A DNA stretch of 64,000 nucleotides from an uncultured Candidatus Actinomarina sp. (GTDB lineage: Bacteria > Actinomycetota > Acidimicrobiia > Actinomarinales > Actinomarinaceae). The DNA lies in contig CACDUI010000003.1 of NCBI GenBank assembly GCA_902555985.1, positions 12,432 to 76,431 of the forward strand. The letters run 5' to 3'. Below are positions 21,052 through 31,199 of this stretch, one piece after another. A program made the translations under genes and the position numbers. The notes below the pieces were generated by a model. That model worked only from the letters and a program-made list of their open reading frames with translations. It did no database searches and was not told the origin of the DNA. Position 1 is the first letter of the stretch. Every line of letters starts with the position of its first letter.

Positions 21052-22229
21052 AAAAAACTTTATTCCATTCTTTAACATTTCCACCTGACACAATATCAAC
21101 AGGCATGATTGTGTCAGAAATAGCTGATGGAATTAATAGCGAGCTTAATAATGTTGAAGTGTTGGCAAGTTCTCCTCAATATAACATAAAGAGTGCTGAA
21201 TCTTTTAATCATAGTGAAGAAATATTAGATGATGGAATTTATAAAAATATTAAAGTACATTACATAAAATCTAAACTAAGAAAATTTTCCAATTCATCTA
21301 GATTTTTCCAATGGATTGATTTTAATTTTAAATCTATATTATTTATTTATAAAAATAGATCGCAATATGACAATATTTTAATATTCAGTTACCCCCCAAC
21401 TATGAACTTAGTTTGTATATTTACTTCTAAAATTCTTAAAATTAACACTGTTTACTCATTATGGGAGCTGTATCCGGAGATTGCTGAAAAATTAAATGAG
21501 CAACCCAATAAAATACTAAAATTAATTTTTAAATTTATTGATAATTATGCATTAAAAAATGTAAATCAAGTTGTTGTAAATTCAGATGAACTAAAAAATT
21601 ATTTGATAAATAAGCGAAAAATTACATCAAATAAAATTAAGGTAGTTAATCATTTCTCACCATTCAAAAAAAGTGATTACCAGCCAAATTTTGAATTAAA
21701 TAATATTTTTTATGCAGGAAATACAGGTAGGCCCCAAAACTTATCATCATTTTTAAGATATTTCGAAAAATACTTTCCAAGCGAATGGCAATTAGACATA
21801 TATGGTGCTGGTCAAGAATTCAATATCTTGTCCAAATTTTCAACCGAGAATATTCGAATAAATAGTTATTTAGAAAGAAAAGAGCTAGAAAATATAACTA
21901 AAGATATTCCATTTGCATTAATTAGCTTAGATTATGAAATTACTTTTGAGGGATTTCCTGGGAAAACGTTTGATTATTTAAATATGAATAAAGTACTAGT
22001 TAATTTTTCCAATCCAAACTCTGCTGTCTCTAAATTAATTGACAAATATGGCTTGGGATTCAACATAGATTTAGATAATCCTGAAAGCCTTGAACGAAAA
22101 CTTCAGGATATGAAAAATTCTGACGAAATTAATAAAATACAAGAAAATATAAAATATTTTCTGCAAAGTATTTCAAATAAAGAGATTGCTTTCAAAAGCT
22201 ATTTGGAATTAATTAGCTCCTCTTCTTGA
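21048..22229 (+). CDS. Putative GT4 glycosyltransferase (WbuB-like)
   Basis: 393 aa. It sits next to the Fnl-like module, as wbuB does in L-FucNAc clusters. The call rests on weak motif-level evidence. Confidence 0.4.
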   Translation: MKKTLFHSLTFPPDTISTGMIVSEIADGINSELNNVEVLASSPQYNIKSAESFNHSEEILDDGIYKNIKVHYIKSKLRKFSNSSRFFQWIDFNFKSILFIYKNRSQYDNILIFSYPPTMNLVCIFTSKILKINTVYSLWELYPEIAEKLNEQPNKILKLIFKFIDNYALKNVNQVVVNSDELKNYLINKRKITSNKIKVVNHFSPFKKSDYQPNFELNNIFYAGNTGRPQNLSSFLRYFEKYFPSEWQLDIYGAGQEFNILSKFSTENIRINSYLERKELENITKDIPFALISLDYEITFEGFPGKTFDYLNMNKVLVNFSNPNSAVSKLIDKYGLGFNIDLDNPESLERKLQDMKNSDEINKIQENIKYFLQSISNKEIAFKSYLELISSSS

Positions 22230-22844
22230 AATTACAGAAATAATTGTTTTAATAATTATCTGTAAATCATATATAAATGATTTTTTTTCTACATATATTA
22301 AGTCCCAGTAAAGCCTCTCTTGGAGACTTAGGTCTAAACGGCCTTGAATTTGAGCTAACCCAGTGATACCTGGTTTTATTGAGTTTCTAGATTCTAAATA
22401 CTCACCATACAAATCAGACTCATATTTAACAAGTGGTCTAGGTCCTACAAACGACATTTGTCCAAATAAAACATTTAATATATTAGGCAACTCGTCAAGA
22501 GAGGTTTTCCTCAAAAAACTTCCTATGTTTGTAATTCTGTCATCGTTTTCAATTCTTATGGGATCATCTGGACTCAATGATGGATGAATATTTTTATTTA
22601 AGGATAAATTTTTATAGTGATCTTCATGAATAGACTCATCAGAGGATTCTGTCATAGTTCTAAATTTGTATAATCTAAACTCCTTACCATTTAGACCTAC
22701 TCGGTATTGAGAATAAATGATAGGTTTTGAATCTAAAATTAATATTAAAATTGAAATTATTGGAAGAACAATTATTGAAATTGGCAAAATAAAAATTAAT
22801 AGGATAATATCTAATAAATATTTCATAACATTAACTTTAAACAA
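22209..22844 (-). CDS. Polyprenyl-phosphate sugar-1-phosphate transferase (bacterial sugar transferase, PglC / WbaP C-terminal type)
   Basis: 211 aa with one N-terminal TM helix. The hallmark DELPNILNVLFGQMSFVGPRP matches DELPQLxNVLKGxMSLVGPRP. Confidence 0.75.
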   Translation of the reverse strand: MFKVNVMKYLLDIILLIFILPISIIVLPIISILILILDSKPIIYSQYRVGLNGKEFRLYKFRTMTESSDESIHEDHYKNLSLNKNIHPSLSPDDPIRIENDDRITNIGSFLRKTSLDELPNILNVLFGQMSFVGPRPLVKYESDLYGEYLESRNSIKPGITGLAQIQGRLDLSLQERLYWDLIYVEKKSFIYDLQIIIKTIISVISRRGAN

Positions 22845-22893
22845 AAATAATTTAACTTCTTTAAATAAAAAATTTTACATTAAAGTTAGATAA

Positions 22894-24726
22894 ATGTGTG
22901 GAATAGGTGGAATTGTAAGTTTTAACAATTCTGAAATTGACCAAAAATTATCGGATGATATTAAAAATTCCCTAAATCATAGGGGACCAGATCATTCATT
23001 AACAAAAAAAATTCATCAAAACTGTACTTTTGTTCATTCTCGCTTAGCAATTATAGACCTTAACCCAAGGTCTAATCAGCCTTTTTCTACAGATGATAAT
23101 AAATACCATATAGTCTTCAATGGTGAAATTTTTAATTATAAAGAATTAAGAAGTGAATTAAGCAGTTTGGGTTATAAATTTAAATCAGAAGGTGATACAG
23201 AAGTATTACTTGCTGGATATCAACATTTTGGTGAAGCAATTTTAAATAAGCTAATTGGACAATTTGCATTTGTTATAGCTGATTACAATAAAAATCACTA
23301 TTTTATGGCTAGAGATCGAATTGGACTGAAGCCACTTTACTTTTCAATAAGTAATCAGTACCTTGTTTTCTCTTCAGAATTTAATGCTTTAAATGCATCA
23401 GATCTAGTAAACTTCTCACCAAATAAAGAAGCGTATGTCAGCTACTTAAGACACTTAGCTGTTCCAAATGGATCTACTGGTAATGAAAATATTCAAAAAG
23501 TACAACCAGGCGAATTTATAGTTGTTGATCTTGAAGGAAATTTGAAAAAAGAACTTTATTGGGATCCTTTTGATTATGTCACTGAAAAAGACATTACACG
23601 TACGGAAGCAGTTGATCGTTTAGATGAGTTACTGAAAAGCTCTGTAGAGTATAGAAAAATTAGTGATGTTGAAGTTGGGTTGTACCTTTCTGGCGGCCTA
23701 GATTCAACCCTAATAGGATCTCTCCTTGCTGCTGATACAAAAATAAAAAGTTTTAATGTAGATTACGATGAAATATTTGATGGATACAGGGGAGAGTATC
23801 AAGAAGCCAAATTTAGTGCAGATCAAATTGAAGTTGATTTAATACATAAATCAATAAGCTTTGAAGAATTTAAATCAATTATTTCAGACTATTCATTTTT
23901 ACAGGACGATTTAATAGGGGACGAAGTAGGTATCCCTCTATATTTCTTAGGTAAGCTAACAAAGTCAAATGGACTAAAGGTAGTTCAAGTTGGTGAGGGT
24001 GCTGATGAACTGTTTTATGGATATGAGCATTGGCTCAGATTTGCAAAGCTTTATAAAAGTACTCCAAAAATGCAAAAATCAACTGCGAAAAATAACTTTA
24101 AATCGCATAGAGCTAACCTTTTATTGAATATAATTCAAAATAACAATCCATTTCCAGGTGGTGCTTTAGGTTTTAACTTAGCCCAAATCAAACAATTAGT
24201 GGAATTTGATTTCGCAAACAATTCAAATCTTATTAACTATTCCGATAATTTATGGGAAAATTATTTATCAAGAGAAGATTTTTCAATTACAAAATGGATG
24301 ACTTTAATTGATTTAAAGATAAGACTGCCTGAACTTTTATTAATGAGAATGGATAAGCTAAGTATGCAATCAGGTGTTGAAGCAAGAGTACCTTTCCTAG
24401 ATCATCGAATTGTTGAATTTGTTTTAAGTCTTCCAGAAAATATTATTTTTGATTTGAAAAGAACTAAACCACTGCTTAAAGAGCTATCAACCAGACACAT
24501 TCCTGAAAAGGTTCTTAATAGAAAAAAACAGGGTTTTAGAGCTCCTATTTCAAATTGGATCCAAAGAGATCCAGACTATTTTTTCGACAGAATTTATGAA
24601 TTTAATTCAAGCTACAATTTTTTTAATAAAAAAGAGCTAAATAAAACACTCAAAGGTGGAGATGTACAAAAGATTTGGTATATTTATAATTTATCAAGCT
24701 GGCATCTATCAAGGATGGTCAAATAA
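22894..24726 (+). CDS. Asparagine synthase (glutamine-hydrolysing) family amidotransferase (AsnB/WbpS-like)
   Basis: 610 aa. It has an N-terminal MCGIGG nucleophile Cys and the SGGLDS PP-loop. Confidence 0.8.
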   Translation: MCGIGGIVSFNNSEIDQKLSDDIKNSLNHRGPDHSLTKKIHQNCTFVHSRLAIIDLNPRSNQPFSTDDNKYHIVFNGEIFNYKELRSELSSLGYKFKSEGDTEVLLAGYQHFGEAILNKLIGQFAFVIADYNKNHYFMARDRIGLKPLYFSISNQYLVFSSEFNALNASDLVNFSPNKEAYVSYLRHLAVPNGSTGNENIQKVQPGEFIVVDLEGNLKKELYWDPFDYVTEKDITRTEAVDRLDELLKSSVEYRKISDVEVGLYLSGGLDSTLIGSLLAADTKIKSFNVDYDEIFDGYRGEYQEAKFSADQIEVDLIHKSISFEEFKSIISDYSFLQDDLIGDEVGIPLYFLGKLTKSNGLKVVQVGEGADELFYGYEHWLRFAKLYKSTPKMQKSTAKNNFKSHRANLLLNIIQNNNPFPGGALGFNLAQIKQLVEFDFANNSNLINYSDNLWENYLSREDFSITKWMTLIDLKIRLPELLLMRMDKLSMQSGVEARVPFLDHRIVEFVLSLPENIIFDLKRTKPLLKELSTRHIPEKVLNRKKQGFRAPISNWIQRDPDYFFDRIYEFNSSYNFFNKKELNKTLKGGDVQKIWYIYNLSSWHLSRMVK

Positions 24727-25943
24727 TGTTTGCAACTTGGAAGAAAAATACGTTTTATATTTCATTAATGCAAATAGTTCTATTGGTTGTTAATTTTTTT
24801 CTTATAACTATTATTTCTAGAGAATATGGGGCAGAAATATACGGGGAGTACGCCTCTGCAAAGAGTTTATCTGTTTTATTAGGTACAGTAACAGTTTTAT
24901 CTTTGGCTCTTGTGGTGACAAGAACAAGTGCGAATATTGAAAACTTTGACAAAGGTCTCTTTTACACAACTTATAAAACAATAATTAGAAATACGATACT
25001 TGCATGTGTTCTTGTAGTGCCTTTATCGACCTTGTTTGGTAGAAATAGTGTCTATGTTTTCATATTTTTAATTGGTTTTGTATTTAACGAAATGCTTCAT
25101 GTTGCACTTGCATATCATCAATCAAAAGGAGATTTTGTTATTAGTTCTAAGCAGATAATTATAAGAACAATCTTATACGGTATTGGTGGTTGGTTAATAA
25201 TCTATTTTCAATATTCAATATTTTGGGTAATTGTTTTTCAAACGTTTATATTAATTATTTTTTCTATTGTTGCGCACAACTCTTTGCCTAATGAGAGAGT
25301 ATCTATAGAAGATAATTATTCATCTCAAGATCTTACAAATTCTGGAAGAAAAATGGTATTAACAACTTTCTCAGCAGCACTCTTGTCAGAACTAGATATA
25401 GTGATTCTTGGAGTTTTTTACTCTGGACCTATCCTTGGTGTATTAGCTTGGTCGAAAAGAATACTTGAAGGATTATATCAACTAGTTGGAGCGAGCCTAG
25501 ATATAGTTTTTCCCGAAATATCAAAACTTAATGATACAGAAGAGATTTCTGGCGTTAGGAGTAAATTACGGATAGTCATTTTAATTTCACTCCTAATCCC
25601 AGTTACTTATATTCTTTTAGAAAATGTTGCTAAGAGTGTTTTTATAAATGTTTTAGGATCTGAATTTGAAAATCTTGCTTCTATATTTAGCGTAGTTATA
25701 TTTTCTTTACCATTTATGCTTTGGTCAAGGATAAATATTATCTTTGCACGAGCTATGCACTACGAAATAGATTTATTTAAAATTATAATAGCTGCAGCGT
25801 CCTCATCATTTTTATTGTATTTCATAAATGATACGTACAATTATTTTGCAATAGAATATGGTATTTTAGGCTCACAAATACTGTTCTCTATTTTTACGTC
25901 GTTCTTAATAAATAGCCATATAAAAAAAGAAAGGAATATGTAA
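24726..25943 (+). CDS. Polysaccharide biosynthesis membrane protein, putative Wzx-type flippase
   Basis: 405 aa polytopic membrane protein in cluster context. There is no strong motif. Confidence 0.4.
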   Translation: MFATWKKNTFYISLMQIVLLVVNFFLITIISREYGAEIYGEYASAKSLSVLLGTVTVLSLALVVTRTSANIENFDKGLFYTTYKTIIRNTILACVLVVPLSTLFGRNSVYVFIFLIGFVFNEMLHVALAYHQSKGDFVISSKQIIIRTILYGIGGWLIIYFQYSIFWVIVFQTFILIIFSIVAHNSLPNERVSIEDNYSSQDLTNSGRKMVLTTFSAALLSELDIVILGVFYSGPILGVLAWSKRILEGLYQLVGASLDIVFPEISKLNDTEEISGVRSKLRIVILISLLIPVTYILLENVAKSVFINVLGSEFENLASIFSVVIFSLPFMLWSRINIIFARAMHYEIDLFKIIIAAASSSFLLYFINDTYNYFAIEYGILGSQILFSIFTSFLINSHIKKERNM

Positions 25944-25948
25944 AAAAT

Positions 25949-27604
25949 TTGAAACTATTAATTTATAATTTTTTATTTTTGTTTAAACGAAACAGATATT
26001 CTTATTACAAAGCTTCTGGTAAAAATTATTCGTATTCACATCCAGACTATTTTCAAGATATCCTTACTTTTTTAACTAAGAACGTCAATAAAAAAGATTT
26101 AAAAAACATATTTCAAAACTTTCTCTTGGAGAAAACTTACGTTTTTGGAAGAAATGTTGAAATTATTTTTAATAAGGATTTCTTCAATAATTTTATATTT
26201 AGTAACAAAGTAAAAAAGCCAGCATTTTTTAATAAAGCTGATGTTAAAGTTCCTTATGAAATTGGAAGATTACAATTTTTACAAAAAGTAATGCTGCATC
26301 TCTTTATAGAAGAAAATCAGGATACTAAGTTAAATATAAGTTACCTTAATGAAGTTATTTCATCACAAAAAAATAAAATAATTTGGAATAGTCCTATGGA
26401 TGTTGCAATAAGAATGATGAGTTTAATATTTGTAAAAAATTTTAGTAACAAAATTGAATTCTTTAAAGAATCTTCTATATACGAAAATTTAGATTCAATT
26501 ATTTCAAAAGATTTTGAATTTGTAAAAATGAATTATGAAAAAAAAGGTAATGTCGTTGGAAATCATTATTTTGTTGAATTGACATCTACATTGTTTTTTA
26601 TTGCTAATTATGATTACGATGGCAAAGAAGTAGATTTAAGATTAACTATTGACGAGATTTCAAAAGAAATAGAATTACAATTTAATAAAGATTTTACAAA
26701 TTTTGAAGGTTCTTCTCATTACACAGCACTCATGATGGAAGCCTTAGTAGTTATTTATATATCCCTTCGAAGTCTAAAGATAGAAAATGAACTTTATAAA
26801 AAAATTAAGGAAATACTAATTGTTAATAATTATTTTCTTAAATTAATTACTAATAATGGTGAGTTATCTCAAATAGGAGATAATGACTCCGGAAGATTAT
26901 TTTATTTTCAACATGATGAACAAGAGCCTTTAAACTTACAATGGTTAAGTTTTCTAATAGAAGAAATTATTCCTGAGTGTAAAAATTATAAACATATTTC
27001 TGAAAATATTGATGAATCAGAAAAAATTGACTTTTCCGTATTAAATAATGTGACTCATAAAGAAATTAAAGCATTCAAGAATGATTTCATCCACTATTCC
27101 TTTCCAGAATTTGGATTATTTATATGGAAGAATTCAGATGATTATTTTTCAATAAGATGCGGTGAAGTTGGCCAAAATGGTGTTGGGGGACATTCTCATT
27201 ATGACCAGCTATCCATTGAGTGTTTTTTAAACAATCAATGGATTGCAAGAGATCCTGGCACTGGAACATACACAGATGATATCAAGAAAAGAAATAAATT
27301 TAGATCTCTCGAATACCACTGGGGGCCTCTGGTAGAAATGAATTTACCAAAAGAAGATGCATTTGATTGTTTTAAATTAAATTATATGAGTAATGGAAAA
27401 GTTTTAAAATTTGATAAGTTTAATTTTGTTGGATATGCAGATTTTAATGGAAAAAGAGTATATCGAAAAGTTTCATTATCTGAGGAGACTATCACTATTC
27501 AAGATTTTTCAAGTGATGTTGAACTTGATGAATATACTTCATGGGGAGAAGAAAATAATGGAATCAAAGTTGAGTTTTCAGAAGGATATAAAAGATTTAT
27601 ATGA
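25949..27604 (+). CDS. Heparinase II/III-like family protein
   Basis: 551 aa. The C-terminal GHSHYDQLSIECF resembles the Hepar_II_III motif GHGHADxLSF. Confidence 0.5.
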   Translation: MKLLIYNFLFLFKRNRYSYYKASGKNYSYSHPDYFQDILTFLTKNVNKKDLKNIFQNFLLEKTYVFGRNVEIIFNKDFFNNFIFSNKVKKPAFFNKADVKVPYEIGRLQFLQKVMLHLFIEENQDTKLNISYLNEVISSQKNKIIWNSPMDVAIRMMSLIFVKNFSNKIEFFKESSIYENLDSIISKDFEFVKMNYEKKGNVVGNHYFVELTSTLFFIANYDYDGKEVDLRLTIDEISKEIELQFNKDFTNFEGSSHYTALMMEALVVIYISLRSLKIENELYKKIKEILIVNNYFLKLITNNGELSQIGDNDSGRLFYFQHDEQEPLNLQWLSFLIEEIIPECKNYKHISENIDESEKIDFSVLNNVTHKEIKAFKNDFIHYSFPEFGLFIWKNSDDYFSIRCGEVGQNGVGGHSHYDQLSIECFLNNQWIARDPGTGTYTDDIKKRNKFRSLEYHWGPLVEMNLPKEDAFDCFKLNYMSNGKVLKFDKFNFVGYADFNGKRVYRKVSLSEETITIQDFSSDVELDEYTSWGEENNGIKVEFSEGYKRFI

Positions 27605-28983
27605 AAATAAAAAACTTAAATTTACCTTTACTTATATTTGCAATAGCATTCTTTTTGGAGGGTTTAGACGCTTTTTCTATTGCTAAAATTCCTTTATCTT
27701 GGATCGGAATACTAGCTTATGTCTTTATATTTATTTATCTAAAATTTACTAAAAAAATTGAATATATTTTTGACATAACATTCATTAAGTATTTTCTGTA
27801 TTATTTAATTTTTGTCACAATAATCAGAGCCATAACCTTTGATTTAAACATGCCAGAATATGCCTCGACTTCACTTGTTGAATATATTGGACTTAGATTG
27901 TTGAAAATCTTAAGTTTTTACACAATAATTTCTCTAACTATTCACTTTATAAAGAAAAAAAATATTGAATACGTAATTAAACTTTTTGCATATATTGCCG
28001 TATTTATTTCTCTTTTATCTTTGTATTCTTATTTTTCTTATATATTCGATTGGACTGATTTTTCGCGTACCAGGGCTGGGACTGGTGGTTGGTCACAACC
28101 TATAAGAAGGGCGTGTTCAATTTTAAGGAATTATGGAACATTTAGAGAACCAAGTTTTCTTGCGGTATGGGTAACCCCAGCCATTCCTCTTATTTTTTAT
28201 TTAGCTAGGAAGTCAAAGATATGGTATTTAATCTCATTAATTCCAATATTGTCATTAGTTTTAACGAGAAGCCTTACCGGAATCATAAGTGTTATATTTG
28301 TTTTTTCTATTGCAATACTTTTAGATTTTTATAAAAATAGAACCTTTAATTTTTTGTTAGTATTACCAATTTTATTTATATTTCTAATGACTATATTTGG
28401 TAATAACTTTGGTTATAAATTTCCTGCACTTGACCCTTCAATGTGCCCACCAGAATCAGCAGATAAATGCGATTGTTCTATTTATGACAATGAACAAGAT
28501 ATTGCTAAGAATTCAAGTAACGTATATCAAAGTGTTTTTAATAGGATTTCTATAATTGCTTCTGGTGGAATCGGTGGATTTGAAAATATTGACATATTGA
28601 GTCAATACATTGGGAACAGTAATTTAAAAATTTTTGGAGATGGCCTTGGGCTTTCAAACATTAGATACTCTCCAGAGTTTGCTGAAATTACTAAACAAAC
28701 AAAAGATGGCCAATCAATTTACAGAAATCCTGGTCAAGTAGTGTCATTTAATAATCTTTATGCAAATTTATATTTTTCTGGTGGAATTATTGCTTTGTTA
28801 ATGTTTTTAATAATTTTAAGAAATATTTTTAAACAGTTATTTAAAAATGATTCAATTCTTGATACTTATTTATTTATTGGTTTTCTAACGATATTGCTCA
28901 TGTTTTTCTTTCAAGCAGAAGAATTAAGCTCTCAGCTTGCAATTTATTTTGGTTTAATAACAATGAAAATGTCACATGAATAA
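27601..28983 (+). CDS. O-antigen ligase/polymerase-like polytopic membrane protein
   Basis: 460 aa and multi-TM. It has an Arg-rich loop (FSRTRAGTGGWSQPIRRAC) of the type seen in Wzy_C proteins. Confidence 0.45.
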   Translation: MKIKNLNLPLLIFAIAFFLEGLDAFSIAKIPLSWIGILAYVFIFIYLKFTKKIEYIFDITFIKYFLYYLIFVTIIRAITFDLNMPEYASTSLVEYIGLRLLKILSFYTIISLTIHFIKKKNIEYVIKLFAYIAVFISLLSLYSYFSYIFDWTDFSRTRAGTGGWSQPIRRACSILRNYGTFREPSFLAVWVTPAIPLIFYLARKSKIWYLISLIPILSLVLTRSLTGIISVIFVFSIAILLDFYKNRTFNFLLVLPILFIFLMTIFGNNFGYKFPALDPSMCPPESADKCDCSIYDNEQDIAKNSSNVYQSVFNRISIIASGGIGGFENIDILSQYIGNSNLKIFGDGLGLSNIRYSPEFAEITKQTKDGQSIYRNPGQVVSFNNLYANLYFSGGIIALLMFLIILRNIFKQLFKNDSILDTYLFIGFLTILLMFFFQAEELSSQLAIYFGLITMKMSHE

Positions 28984-30196
28984 TACAAAAAAAATTCTTA
29001 TCGTCACACATCAATTCATACCACACCAAAGCCCAAGGACCACGCGTTGGAAATTGCTATATGATGAATTGATTGAATCAGGTTGTGATGTCACAGTTAT
29101 TACTGGAACATCACAATTAAGTGAAGATCCTAATATAAAATATGTAGGCAATAAAAAGGCTAGTGGAATTGTCAAAAACTTAAGAATCCAATCAAATATT
29201 AAACAGGATTCACATTATAAAAATTATTTATACAAACTACTTAAGAAAATTTATAGATTTTTTTATAAATTTTTTGCATGGCCAGACTATACAATGTTTT
29301 GGATATTTTCTATTTGGAAAAATCGAAAAAAAATTGATATAGATTATGATTTAATTATATCCGTGAGTCTTCCATTTTCTTCTCATGTTGCTGCATATAT
29401 TATTAATAAAGATAAAAATAAAAAATGGATAATGGACATTGGGGATCCATTTAGCCTAAAGACTAACGCCTTTGAAAATAATCGATTTCTCTATAAATCT
29501 CTTAACTATTATTTCGAGAATAAATTTTATAAAAAAGCATATCAAGTAGTTTTTACTCATCAAGAATCTGCTGATGAACATAAAATCTTTTTTAATATGC
29601 CAGAAAATAAAGTCACTATTGGTAGCCCTATCAGTACTTTTAGTCAGGAATTATTTCAAAAATCAGTTTCATTTAATTATGAAGCAAAGCCGATTACGAT
29701 CGGTTACTTTGGAGTACTTACTAAAGGTGTTCGGTCTCCCAGCCAGGTATTAAAGTTTTTTCAGCAAACAGATTTTGTACTACATTGGTATACAAATTCA
29801 GATTCAAAAGAGATGATTAAACAGAATAAAATTGATTTTAACCGTAATAAATTATTTGATATGGTCACTAGAAACGAAGCTTTAGAAAAAATGGTAACTT
29901 CTTTACATTGTCTTTTATCTATAGGGAATTTAAATCCGTCTCAACTACCTAGTAAAATTATTGAATACATATCAACGGGAAAACCAGTTTTACATTTTGT
30001 AGAAATCAAAGACGATCCAGTATTAGAAATTGCTAAAGAATTTAGCAATCTTATCGTTATTGATAAAAATTCAAATATTACGGAAGTTGAACAACAATTA
30101 AATAATGTGTTTATAAATATTGAAAAGTTTGATATTAAGAAATTTAATGAAAATTACTCAACTAGGGCAGTAACTAATAAGTTAAATATAATTTAA
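28976..30196 (+). CDS. Putative GT-B glycosyltransferase (GT4 N-terminal domain-like)
   Basis: 406 aa. The N-terminus ILIVTHQFIPHQSPRTTR is typical of GT4 N-terminal domains. Confidence 0.45.
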   Translation: MNNTKKILIVTHQFIPHQSPRTTRWKLLYDELIESGCDVTVITGTSQLSEDPNIKYVGNKKASGIVKNLRIQSNIKQDSHYKNYLYKLLKKIYRFFYKFFAWPDYTMFWIFSIWKNRKKIDIDYDLIISVSLPFSSHVAAYIINKDKNKKWIMDIGDPFSLKTNAFENNRFLYKSLNYYFENKFYKKAYQVVFTHQESADEHKIFFNMPENKVTIGSPISTFSQELFQKSVSFNYEAKPITIGYFGVLTKGVRSPSQVLKFFQQTDFVLHWYTNSDSKEMIKQNKIDFNRNKLFDMVTRNEALEKMVTSLHCLLSIGNLNPSQLPSKIIEYISTGKPVLHFVEIKDDPVLEIAKEFSNLIVIDKNSNITEVEQQLNNVFINIEKFDIKKFNENYSTRAVTNKLNII

Positions 30197-31147
30197 AATT
30201 TTTGACCAATTTTCGTTGTATATAAGCGCAGAAGATTTTTTAAGTTTTAAATTGATTGCTTGTTCAATTTTTTCACTAGCACTTTTTATATCATTATATT
30301 TGTATATAAATACATTTTCACTCATAAAATATTTTGAGTAAGGTTTATCAGGGACAATAATTTTTAATCCTAAATTTTGAGCTTCATATAAAGGCAAGCC
30401 AACAGTTTCGTACTCGCTTGCATGAAAATATATTTCATTTTCTGACATCACACTTAGTGTCTGATCCTGAGTTTCTGTATAAACACAATTAAAATCATTT
30501 ATATTTTTTGGAGGATTGATAACAGTAATCTCATTATTTTTTGTAATCGACTTTAAAGCTTGTACCATAAAATCAAAATTTTTATTTGAAACCTTACTTC
30601 CAAAAAAAACTATTCTATTTGATTTATTTTTTGCATTAACTGTGACTTCTTCTATTTCTCCAATTTCTATAATTTTATTTGCAAATTTTTGTCCGATCAC
30701 TTCACTCATATGTTTTAGTTGGACTATTACATAGTCAGATGATTTGATACTTCTAGATATAAATTTTTTAAGAACTATATTTTTCAAATCTTTAGATACA
30801 AAAGGCAGAATATTTTGTATAAGAACAAAAGATTTATTGTTCGTTTTAAAACCAAAGTTACCAAAGTGAACAATTGCATCATTAGATTCAATTAATTTTC
30901 TTTGAGTTTTATTTGTTATTAAATATAGAAAAGGATGGAGAAATCTTTTATTAGTTAGTTTTATAAATGTCACATATTGATTTTCTAAAGACTGATTTTT
31001 TAGCTCATTATAAAATTCATTTTCTGAATACAAAACTGTAATCTCAGTTCCTGCTTCAACTAGTAATTCAAATGCTTGAACAAATAATTTTACTCCTCCA
31101 AGAGATTTGACACCACAAGCATTTAAAACTAGTTTTTTTCTCACCAT
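30182..31147 (-). CDS. Glycosyltransferase family 1 (GT4-type)
   Basis: 321 aa with the C-terminal motif ETVGLPLYEAQNLGLKIIVP. Confidence 0.55.
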   Translation of the reverse strand: MVRKKLVLNACGVKSLGGVKLFVQAFELLVEAGTEITVLYSENEFYNELKNQSLENQYVTFIKLTNKRFLHPFLYLITNKTQRKLIESNDAIVHFGNFGFKTNNKSFVLIQNILPFVSKDLKNIVLKKFISRSIKSSDYVIVQLKHMSEVIGQKFANKIIEIGEIEEVTVNAKNKSNRIVFFGSKVSNKNFDFMVQALKSITKNNEITVINPPKNINDFNCVYTETQDQTLSVMSENEIYFHASEYETVGLPLYEAQNLGLKIIVPDKPYSKYFMSENVFIYKYNDIKSASEKIEQAINLKLKKSSALIYNENWSKILNYI

Positions 31148-31199
31148 TTCAATGATAGTTGTACATTAATAAATATTTAATCACTAAAATCATAAAGTA

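Noticed and set aside
27411-27686. 91-aa plus-strand ORF overlapping the heparinase-like gene end and the Wzy-like gene start in another frame
   Set aside because: It is an alternative-frame ORF across a gene junction with no motif. The two flanking genes already account for the sequence.
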